Assembly (NCBI GenBank): GCA_036867785.1
Contig: CP145420.1
Coordinates: 186,001 to 250,000, forward strand
DNA: 64,000 nucleotides
Source of the DNA: Plasmodiophora brassicae
Lineage: Eukaryota
Direction of reading: 5' to 3'
How positions within the stretch are numbered: the first letter of the stretch is position 1; every line of letters begins with the position of its first letter. Both the position numbers and the translations under genes were made by a program. The notes below the pieces were generated by a model. It worked only from the letters and a program-made list of their open reading frames with translations. It had not been told where the DNA came from and did no database searches. Below, one piece after another: positions 22,642-32,465 of the stretch.

Positions 22642-22821
22642 TGATTCATAATGGGAAGGCTAGCGACAGTGGCCGACCCATGAGTCACGACGACGTGACG
22701 CAACTGGTGCACAGTGGCGACCGTGCCACTGTGTGTGCGACGTCATGGGGACGTCGGCTTCCCCCACGTTAGATACACTGGGGACTTTCACTTTCCTAAG
22801 CGCTTCGAACTGCTTGAATCA
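22642..22821 (+). repeat. 3' LTR of the Copia element
   Basis: Direct repeat of 17696-17875, preceded by a short purine-rich AGGGCGGC. Confidence 0.97.
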
Positions 22822-22894
22822 GCGATTCGATATCTGGATGCCCGTGCCGGAGGGCATCTATCTTGCACTACTTTTAAGTACGATGGGACGCAGT

Positions 22895-23540
22895 TATGGA
22901 ATTGTTGTAATAAAGGGGTGTTTTTTACAAGCCTGTTTTTTACATGTAAAATACACCACTCAGGAACCAACTTTACACTGTAAAATACAGGTAACGTAAG
23001 GGTTTCCCGATCCATCCCAGAGCCTTCGTTGTGCGTGCGCGTCGTCGTCGTCGGGGGCGAGCGGAATCACAAGTCCTGCAACCGCGTGCACTCCCGGCTA
23101 CGCGCTCGAGTATCGGGATGCAACGTCGAGCAAGGAACTGGGATCGCATTCAAGTGCCCAGATGAATCGCCGTACAAAGATACGCGAGATGACCCCTTTC
23201 ACACGTTGAACCGGGTCGCTTGGTTCGGAAGTACGTGACGTCTTTGACGAAGAGCCAGACGATGATTCCGATGACGAAGACGTAACTCGACTGCAGTTCG
23301 CAGGGTTCGTTGGCATTGCCGAGCCAGGCACACTTGCCGAGGCGATTTCGGACACACATTTGTACCCAGTTGGTGACGAAGAGATCATCAAATCTGGTCA
23401 GGTTGTCAGGACCGTGACCATGGTATGAAGGCGTACTGCGAGGGGGGCGCAACCCCCTGCTGTTTTAAACATGTTTTTTACGTGTAAAATACATGTATTT
23501 TACACTCCACCAGCCATTCTCTGTTTTTAACAATTCCATA
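22895..23540. mobile_element. Non-autonomous DNA transposon (MITE), TIR TATGGAATTGTT, 8-bp TSD GACGCAGT
   Basis: TATGGAATTGTT...AACAATTCCATA with GACGCAGT at 22887-22894 and 23541-23548. Inverted relative to the copy at 44119. Confidence 0.92.
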
Positions 23541-23822
23541 GACGCAGTACTTCTATAGACACAATTAGTCGGCAGAGGGCACAACGTGGATTATACATTT
23601 ATACTGCATTTAGACTCAAAGTGGGCACATCCCCTCGCGGTAGTCGGATGGCAGAGTGACGTGATGCGTAGTGGACACAGCAGATAGTGAAAGGGTAAAA
23701 GCAGGCTGGCGTAATCATGGGATGCCTCACGAGTCACGACGGTCGCAGACAACTACGGACATCGTGTTCCTGGCCCCCGTGGCCCGTTCGGCGTGAAACC
23801 TGCCGCGATCGCACCCAGTGCC

Positions 23823-24161
23823 ATGTTTGTCGTGTCACAGGCGCTCACCCGTTCTGCGCGACGTCGCATGTCGGATCGCGAACAAATCGAGGCCCGCCGG
23901 GACGCTGCGCGTGCGGGCGCCCAGCGCGAGACCATGAAGCGTCTTCTTGCCTATGCGAGCGAGCCAGAAGGAAGCCGCCAAGATGTCCAGTCTCTCTATC
24001 ATGAGGTAATGGACGCTTGGCCCATTGGCCTATTCAGTCGAGAACGAGCGGATGAGGCGGTACGCTTGCTGTGGTCCATGTACCTGCCCCAGATCGCTGC
24101 GCCGCGACTGTTGCCAACGAGCGCGCAGCCGCCCGCGTCTCCCCGCTCGGATCCGGAATAG
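23823..24161 (+). CDS. Orphan ~112-aa protein, copy 2 of 4
   Basis: MFVVSQALTRSARRRMSDREQ...SPRSDPE. Confidence 0.55.
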   Translation: MFVVSQALTRSARRRMSDREQIEARRDAARAGAQRETMKRLLAYASEPEGSRQDVQSLYHEVMDAWPIGLFSRERADEAVRLLWSMYLPQIAAPRLLPTSAQPPASPRSDPE

Positions 24162-25029
24162 TAGTCCATGCGCCCAACACTGATTGCCGGACAATGTCTG
24201 CAAAGTCCCCGGCTCCGAGCAAATTGGGATGAAGTGGATTGGTCTGGTTTGCAGACAATAATGTTTCCTTTAGTTTCAACCGAAAACCTCATCTGCATCG
24301 ACCTGCAACATGTTCAACACCCTGGTGGCCCGGTACGAGCACCTTGTGACGGTGTCTCCCAGCAGGGGTGACAGGGGCGACCACAATGCTTCCAGGGACG
24401 CGGCCGCACTCCCTGTGTCGTGACGAGCCGTCGGTTGCTGGCGACGCTGACGGCGTCTCCTTGTCCAGCATTATGTACTGCGGTGGATGCAAACTGGAAT
24501 CCGTGTGCAATGCTGTCGAGTACATCGTTAGTGGCGGCATCGGTGACGTCCGCCTCGGTCGCGTTGTCGATGGATGGTCAAGTGACTCAGGGTGATAACC
24601 GATGTCTTTTGCCTTCGCCACTGACGACACAGCCGAGCAGCAACATGTTGACGTTGGATAGTTGCCCTCTTCGGTCCCAGCTGGAACCTATGGAATACGA
24701 GAATACCTGGCCTCCTAACGGCGTGTTCAACGAGCATGTTGATGTATCCGCCCGACCTAGTGAGGGCGGTCAACGACTCGTGGAGCAGCCTAGGTCCGTG
24801 TGTGATGGCAGCGAAGGGGATATCTGCATTCATCGCTGTGGTTTGTCCAGCGCTGCATCAGGCTCTGGCACATTCGTGTGACAACGTTGGTCTATCGATT
24901 GCGTTGTCAGGAGACATTCTGCTGTGGAGCCACATCGGGACATGTCCCAACAACACGTGGCATGATGTATTTCGAACATCTGCGAATGCGGGCAACACGA
25001 CGGAACGTTGCCAATTACGATCTGATTCA

Positions 25030-26676
25030 TCAGCACTCAACCTTTGCGCGGGCTGGCAATCCCCACGCACGAAGAGGCTCGTCCGGCTTCGTCGTCAAAC
25101 AGATCGGGTTATCAGTGAGCACCCTGGGCGCACGCATAATCAGTAGCCGTTGCACGACGGGTACGCTGCAATTACGTACAAACGGGTCAGCAACGGCATC
25201 GCCTTGAATGCCCCCGGCGCAATAGCCTCGATGCGGTTATCCTGTAAATCCCTGTGCACATCAAATGAGTTGGATACGCTCTGTTTGCATGCGTGCACCG
25301 ATGCAAACAGGAATTCCAGCGACGGCATCCCAGATAATGTGTTCTCGCCGATCGACGTTATACGATTGCCGGCCAAGTCCCTGTGCAAGCGTCACAAATC
25401 CGCATATGACTTTAACAGGCGCTGTACGGCGCTTACAGGCGAATCAGAAACCGCATCGCTTCGAATGCCCCCGGCGAAATAATCTCGATGTGATTGCCCT
25501 GCAAACACCTGGGCATATCAGGTCAGATGACTACGCGCCGTTCGAATGGTTGCACTGATGCAGACAGGACTTGCAGCGACGGCATCCCACACAGTGCGTT
25601 CTCGCTGATCAACTTGATACGATTGCCGACCAAGTCCCTGCGTAGACGTCAAAAGCTCGCAGACGACTTTCACATCCGTTGTGCATACAAAACGGTCAGC
25701 GTCGACAGCCCACCGAACGCCCCGTCCTCAATGGTCTCGATCCGGTTGCCGTCCAAGGAGCTGCACATGATTCAGCAGGACACATTGGACGGGGCAGTAA
25801 TACAGACAGGACGTGCAGCGACGGCAACCAGTTGAACACTCCTGATGTAATAACTCTGATTGAATTGTGACTGAGCCCTCTGTGCACGCGATTTCGTTAA
25901 CCAAACTTGGATTCAGGCGTCTGTCAGTCGCACATACAGTGTGAACAGAGACGGCATCCCGGAGAACATGCCTTGCTTGATCGATCCGATGCGATTGGCG
26001 GATAAGTCCCTGGCGTAGTCCATGTAAGCACCGGTCGGCACAACTTTTAAGAGTCCGGTACAAATGAAACAGCGATGACATCCCGTCGAAAGCTCCTTCT
26101 TCAATTACGCTGATCAGATTCTTTTCGATATTCCTGGGCACGAGCTTATTCAGAAACGCCGGCCACGAATCCGAATATAACACAGGCATACAGTGTGTGC
26201 AGCAACGACAGCCCGTTAAACACACCTCGCTTGATCGACTCAAGATCGTTGAAAGACAACAATCTGGGCAGAGTTCGCATGTTGAACTTGACGCATACCT
26301 CAGACTACAGCGATACATACAGTTCGTAGAGCTGCGATAGTTTTTCGAACGCTCCCGGCTCTATCGATTCGATAGGATTACCATCCAAAGCGCTAAACAG
26401 ACATCAGTTGACCGCATCCAGTACGTGGACCTGAGTGGTACCCACAGATGGGTCACATTCTCGTATCCAATGAACATCTCGCTCGTGACATATTTGATAC
26501 TGTTACCATTCAACACCCTGAATGGAGACGTCAATACATCGAGAAGAAGATGTCATGCGTCTCGTTATGATTTACAATTCCTGTTTTGCAGGCTCGTTGT
26601 CGTCACTGTCATAACCGACACTGGTCGATGATGACAACCACAACAGACAGAGCACGGAGGACAGAAGCAGCGACAT
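25030..26676 (-). CDS. Secreted LRR protein, copy A (11 internal 72-nt LRR exons plus C-cap)
   Basis: Signal peptide MSLLLSSVLCLLWLSSSTSVG. Exons include VLNGNSIKYVTSEMFIGYENVTHL, NIEKNLISVIEEGAFDGMSSLFHL, DLSANRIGSIKQGMFSGMPSLFTL and DLQDNRIEAIAPGAFKAMPLLTRL. Last exon VLTDNPIC...WGLPARAKVEC*. Confidence 0.85.
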
Positions 26677-26888
26677 CCAGCGATGTATCCTGGAAACAGT
26701 GATGGCAAACTGATGAGATGGAGTGACACCTCGGACTCCGCGGTTGGAGGAACCTACTGACGCAGTTTACGAACGCACTGGTGGAGAGCCACTGACGCAC
26801 CCTTTTACCCGAGAGTCAAGAGCCATGTCCGAGGGTCAAGCGACAGTGGGAACTCCCACTCCGCGCATTGTGTGAGAGCCCCGTGCCA

Positions 26889-27330
26889 CTGGGATGGGCA
26901 CTTAGCCGGCTAACTTTCGGCTAGCCGGCTAGCTGGCTACCTAGACTCAAATAATAGCCGGCTAGCCGATAACTGAACCGAAAGTCCGCAACGCAGTGGC
27001 AGAGTGCGCTATGTTGGGCAACCGGGTCGTGTCCCGCGACTATCTCTGTTCGCCCGTGATACGTTGCTGTGCATGGGTTCATCAGTTCCGTCGGAGTCGG
27101 CGTTCTCGGATAGCGGCGATATTGCTACGTACAGCTAACCGTTCGCATCTATCATTCTGATCGTTCGTTGGGAGTTGCAATGAAGTTGCGATCCTGGAAG
27201 CGCCTGTTAAAAGAGTTGAACATTCAATAAATTAGCCGGCTAGCCGCCTGCTAGCCGGCTAATTATCCCACTAGCCGGCTCCCAAAAGTTTTTAGCCGGC
27301 TAGCCGTTAGCCGCGCCGTGAACATCCCTA
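26889..27330. mobile_element. hAT-like MITE with palindromic TAGCCGGCTA subterminal repeats
   Basis: Imperfect TIRs CTGGGATGGGCAC / GTGAACATCCCTA. 8-bp TSD CCGTGCCA / CAGTGCCA (one mismatch). TAGCCGGCTA clustered at both ends. Confidence 0.8.
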
Positions 27331-27397
27331 CAGTGCCAGTGCCACGGGGAGCCGTGGCCCGTTGGACGTGGATCCTGCCGCGATCGCACCCAGTTCC

Positions 27398-27739
27398 ATG
27401 TTTGTCGTCTCACAGACGCTCAATCGTTCTGTGCGACGTCGCATGGCGGATTGCGACCAGGTCGACGCCCGCCGGGACGGTGCGCGTAACGGCGCCCGAG
27501 ACGAGACCATCGAGCGTCTTCTCGGCTATGCGAGCGAGCCGGAAGGAAGCCGCCAGGATGTCCATTCTCTCTATCATGAGATAATGGACGCCTGGCCGGT
27601 TGACCTGTTCTCTCGGGAAGCTGCTGACGCATCGGTACGCCTGCTGTGGTCAATGTACCTTCCCCAGATCGCTGCGCCACGACCCTCGTTGGCAAGCCCG
27701 CAGCCGCCCGCGTCTCCACGCTCGGATCCGGAACAGTAG
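27398..27739 (+). CDS. Orphan ~113-aa protein, copy 3 of 4
   Basis: MFVVSQTLNRSVRRRMADCDQ...SPRSDPEQ. Confidence 0.55.
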   Translation: MFVVSQTLNRSVRRRMADCDQVDARRDGARNGARDETIERLLGYASEPEGSRQDVHSLYHEIMDAWPVDLFSREAADASVRLLWSMYLPQIAAPRPSLASPQPPASPRSDPEQ

Positions 27740-27980
27740 TCCAAGCGCCCAACACGGCTTGCCGGTTCAATACGACAATGGAGTAGGCGCTGTTCGCCAA
27801 GTGTCGACATCCAGAAAATGTATGCCAACTCCCGTGCTCCGAGCGAATTGGGATGGAGCTGATTGATCTGGTTTGCAGACAATGTTTCCTTTAATATCAT
27901 CTGAAAACCTCTTCTGCACATGCTCAACATTCTGGTGGCCCGGTACGAGCACCTCGAGACGGTGTCTCCCAGCAGCGGCC

Positions 27981-28222
27981 GGGGCATAAACTTATTCAGA
28001 AACGCCGGCCACAAATCCGAGTATAACACAGGCATACAGTGTGTGCAGCAACGGCAACCCGTTAAACACACCTCGCTCGATCGGCTTACGATCAGTGGAA
28101 AGGCAACAATTCTTGGCACTGTTCGCATGTTGAACTGGACGCATACCTCAGACTACAGCGACACGTACAGTTCGTAGAGCTGCGATAGCTTTCGAACGCT
28201 CCCGGCTCTATCGATCCGATAT
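27981..28222 (-). pseudogene. Internally deleted remnant of the secreted LRR gene (second copy)
   Basis: Same deletion junction as 17408-17640. Confidence 0.7.
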
Positions 28223-28485
28223 TCGACAGGAAGGTGGTTTACTAGCTGGTGACGTCGCTTGGGCGATTTGCGCTTCGATATCTGGATGCCCGTGCCGGAG
28301 GGAATCGATCTTGCACTAGGCAGCAGATCAGCGACTTTTGGGTACGATGGAGGCAGTACTGTGGACGCAAGCCGGTACAGGGCGCAACGTGGATTGTACA
28401 GCATTGGTATATAACCGATCAGCCGCCCCGCAGCTGCCCCAGAACTGCCCGACTGGCGCAGTCCGTAACTGCCCAACAGACACTG

Positions 28486-28651
28486 GCGCTGTGACAATTA
28501 TTAGGGGAACGTGCGCTGTGACAATTAGGGGAACGTGCGCTGTGACAATTAGGGGAACGTGCGCTGTGACAGTTAGGGGAACGTGCGCTGTGACAATTAG
28601 GGGAACGTGCGCTGTGACAATTAGGGGAACGTGCTCCCCGACAATTAGGGA
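28486..28651. repeat. Minisatellite, 24-bp unit GTGACAATTAGGGGAACGTGCGCT, about 6.5 copies
   Basis: Directly visible tandem repeat. Confidence 0.95.
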
Positions 28652-28904
28652 GTAATAGGCATTTTAAGACATCAAATCTATCGTGTATTTGGACTGCCGA
28701 AGCCGTCGGTTGCCGTGGACGTTTATTCAAACTGCGCGGCTGCGCGACCCCCGTCGCGGCCGTGCCATAACATACGGCGTGACGAGGGCCCAAAAGTCGC
28801 ACATGTCGGGGGGGGGGGGGGGGGGGGCACAGTCGCACTTTTCGATAGTGCGCCCGTCGGGCAGATCACGGTTAGTGAAAGGGTAAAAGCAGGCTGACGT
28901 AACC

Positions 28905-29357
28905 ATGGGATGCCACACGACTGACACGAGTCACGACTGGTCACTGGCAACTACGGACATCGTGTTCCTGACCCCCGTGGGCCCGTTCGGCGTGGAACCT
29001 GCCGCGATCGCACCCAGTCCCATGTTTGTCGTGTCACAGGCGCTCACTCGTTCTGCGCGACGTCGCATGGCGGATCGCGAACAAATTGACGCCCTCAGGG
29101 ACGCGTCATGCGCGGGCGCCCAGCGAGAGACCGTGGAGCGTCTGCTTGGCTACGCGAGCCAGCCAGAAGGAAGCCGCCAAGATGTCCATTCTCTCTATCA
29201 TGAGATAATGGACGCCTGGCCGGCTGACCTGTTCACTCGAGACTTTGCTGACGGGGCGGTACGCGTGCTGTGGGACGTGTACCTGCCCGAAATCGCTGCG
29301 CCGCGACATTCTTCAATACGGCAGCCGCCCGCGTCTCCCCGCTCAGATCCGGAATAG
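28905..29357 (+). CDS. Orphan protein, copy 4 of 4 (150-aa ORF; shared core starts at 29022)
   Basis: ...GPFGVEPAAIAPSPMFVVSQALTRSARRRMADREQ...SPRSDPE. Confidence 0.55.
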   Translation: MGCHTTDTSHDWSLATTDIVFLTPVGPFGVEPAAIAPSPMFVVSQALTRSARRRMADREQIDALRDASCAGAQRETVERLLGYASQPEGSRQDVHSLYHEIMDAWPADLFTRDFADGAVRVLWDVYLPEIAAPRHSSIRQPPASPRSDPE

Positions 29358-30221
29358 TAGTCCATGCGCCCAACACTGATTGCCGGACAATGTCTGCAAA
29401 GTCCCCGGCTCCGAGCGGGATGACGTTGATTGATCTCGTTTGCAGACAATAATGTTTCCTTTAGTTTCACCCGAAAACCTCGTCTGCATCGACCTGCAAC
29501 ATGTTCAACACCCTGGTGGCCCGGTACGAGCACCTTGTGATGGTGTCTCCCAACAGGGGCGACAGGGGCGACCACAATGCTTTCAGGGACGCGGCCGCAC
29601 TCCCTATGTCGTGACGAACCGTCTGTTGCTGGTGACGCTGACGGCGTCTCCTTGTCCAGCATTATGTACTGCGGTGGATGCAAACTGGAATCCGTGTGCA
29701 ATGCTGTCGAGTACATCGTTAGTGGCGGCATCGGTGACGTCCGCCTCGGTCGCGTTCTCGATGGATGGTCAAGCGTCTCAGGTTGATAACCGATGTCCTT
29801 TGCCTTCGCCACTGACGACACAGCCGAGCAGCAACATGGTGACGTTGGATAGTTGCCCTCTTCGGTCCCAGCTGGAACCTATGGAATAGGAGAATACCTT
29901 GCCTCCTAGCTAACGGCGTGTTCACCGAGCTTGTTGATGTATCCGCCCGACCTAGTGAGGGCGGTCAACGACTCGTGGAGCAGCCTAGGTCCGTGTGTGA
30001 TGGCAGCGAAGAGGATATCTGCATTCATCGCTGTGGTTTGTCCAGCGCTGCACCAGGCTCTGGCACGTTCGTGTGACAACGTTGGTCTATCGATTGCGTT
30101 GTCGGGAGACATTCTGCTGTGGAGCCACATCGGGACATGTCCCAACAGCACGTGGCATGATGTATTTCGAACATCTGGAAACGCGGGCAACACGACGGAA
30201 CGTTGCCAACGATCTGATTCA

Positions 30222-31875
30222 TCAGCATTGAACCTTTGCGCGGCGCGGCAATCCCCAGGCACGACAAGTCTCGTCCGACGTCGTCGTCGAACAGATCGGG
30301 TTATCAGTGAGCACCCTGGGCGCACGCATAATCAGTAGCCGTTGCACGACGGGTACGCTGCAATAGCGTAGAATACAAACGGGTCAGCGACGGCATCGCT
30401 TCGAATGCCCCCGGCGAAATAACCTCGATGCGGTTATCCTGTAAATCCCTGCACACATCGAATGAGTTGGATACGCTCTGTTTGCATGCGTGCACCGATG
30501 CAAACAGGAAGTTCAGCGATGGCATCCCAGACAACGTGTTCTCGCCGATCGACGTTATACGATTGCTGGCCAAGTCCCTGTGCAAACGTCACAAATCCGC
30601 ATATGACTTTAACAGGCGCTGTACGGCGCTTACAGGCGAATCAGAGACCGCATCGCTCTGAATGCCCCCGGCGTAATAACCTCGATTGCGTTGCCCAGCA
30701 AACACCTGCGCACATCAGGTCAGCTGACTACGCGACGTTTGAATGGTTGCACTGATGCAGACAGGACTTGCAGCGACGGCATTCCATCCATTGTGTTCTC
30801 GCTGATCGACTTGATACGATTGCCAACCAAGTCCCTGCGTAGATGTCACAAATTGCATACGACTTTCACAACCGTTGTGCATACAGAACGCTCAGCGTCG
30901 ACAGCCCACGGAACGCCCCGTCCTCAATGGTCCCGATCCGGTTGTCGTTCAAGGACCTGCGAATGGTTTAGCAGGACACATTGGACGAGGCAGTTATAAT
31001 ACATACAGGACGTGCAGCGACGGCAACCTGTTGAATACTCCTGATGTAATAACTTTGATTGAATTGTGACTGAGCCCTCTGTGCATGTGATTCCGTTAAC
31101 CAAACTTGGATTCAGGCGTCTATCGGTCGCACATACAGTGTGAACAGAGACGGCATCCCGGAGAACATGCCTTGCTTGATCGATCCGATGCGATTGCCGG
31201 ATAAGTCCCTGGCATAGCCCACGTAAGCGCCGGTCGGCACAACATTTAAGAGTTCGGTACAGGTGAAGCAACGATGACATCCCGTCGAAAGCTCCTTCTT
31301 CAATAACGCTGATCACGTTCTTTTCGATATTCCTGGGCATAAACTTATTCGGAAACGCCGGCCACGAATCCGAATAAAACACAAACATACAGTGTGCGCA
31401 GTAATGACAACCCGTTAAACACATCTCGCTTGATCGACTCAAGATCGTTGAAACCTAACGATCTGGGCGTTCGCATGCTGAACTTGACGCATACCTCAGA
31501 CTACAGCGATACGTACAGTTCGTAGAGCTGCGATAGTTTTTCGAACGCTCCCGGCTCTATTGACTTGATATGATTATCATCCAAAACGCTAAACAGACAT
31601 CAGTTGACCGCATCGGCCAGTACGTGGGACTGAGTGGTACTCACAGACGAGTCCCATTCTCGAATCCAATGAACATCTCGCTCGTGACATATTTGATACT
31701 GTTACCCTCCAACACCCTGAATGGAGACGTCAGTACATCGAGGAGAAGCTGTCATGCGTCGCGTTTTGGTATACAATTCCTGTTTTGCTGGGTTGTTGTC
31801 GTCACCGTCATAACCGACGCTGGTCGATGATGACAACCACAACAGACATAGGACGAAGGACAGAAACAGCGACAT
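30222..31875 (-). CDS. Secreted LRR protein, copy B
   Basis: Start MSLFLSFVLCLLWLSSSTSVG. Same exon structure as copy A. Ends VLTDNPICSTTTSDETCRAWGLPRRAKVQC*. Confidence 0.85.
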
Positions 31876-32465
31876 CCAGCTATGTATCCAGGAAACAGTG
31901 ATGGCACCCAATCAGTGAGCGTGACCTGGAGCCTTGATTATAGAAACTGATGAGATGGAGCGACACCGCGGACCTCGGACTCCGCGGTTGGAGGAACCCA
32001 CTGACGCAGCTCAGACGCACCTTTGACGAACGCACTGGACGCAGTTTACGGAAGTAGTGACGCTCACAGATGCTGAGTGAGGTCCGCGATGTAAGCGCGC
32101 GCATTCCGCATTCGCGACCACGTTACGGTGTTTCGCGTGAAGGTTTCGGATGCTGAGGTCGTTTGTACTACGTCATTCGTACCGGATCGGACCGGAAGGC
32201 CAACCTGTCAGCGCGTTTCGCACATTGAGCAGAAACTCGGTTCAGTAATTTCGCTGCATTCTTCTGCACACCATGGGTGGTCGTTGCCACGGTGAAGTTC
32301 TTCTGGCAGTAAATAGTTTACGTACCTACATTGGTACCTATGCGGAAATCACTACGTATGTACGCAATACTGGTATACGTACTGGGCGCGCGCTCGATTG
32401 CGGATGTCCGTTTTGCGCGTCATTTCAACCGCCTGGGATCATGATACGCAGGAAACGCTGACGAT

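Larger units (their letters stand above)
17696..22821 (+). mobile_element. Intact Ty1/Copia LTR retrotransposon, 5126 bp
   Basis: 180-bp LTRs at 17696-17875 and 22642-22821, identical by eye, with TG...CA ends and a 7-bp terminal inverted repeat TGATTCA/TGAATCA. 5-bp TSD GCGAT at 17691-17695 and 22822-22826. Domain order Gag-PR-IN-RT-RH. Confidence 0.98.
26819..32050. repeat. Second unit of a ~5-kb tandem segmental duplication (first unit about 16420-26818, interrupted by the Copia element and MITEs)
   Basis: Collinear high similarity from AGAGCCATGTC (16420 / 26819) to CGGTTGGAGGAACC...ACTGACGCAG (about 26745 / 31990). Confidence 0.9.

Noticed and set aside
24289-25146. ORFs conserved between duplication units (MLMYPPDL..., MSSVAKAK...)
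   Set aside because: Conservation is explained by recent duplication. Indels shift the frames between copies and there is no recognisable domain.
28486-28651. CRISPR array or true telomere
   Set aside because: No spacers. TTAGGGG is embedded in a 24-bp unit rather than forming a pure telomeric tract.
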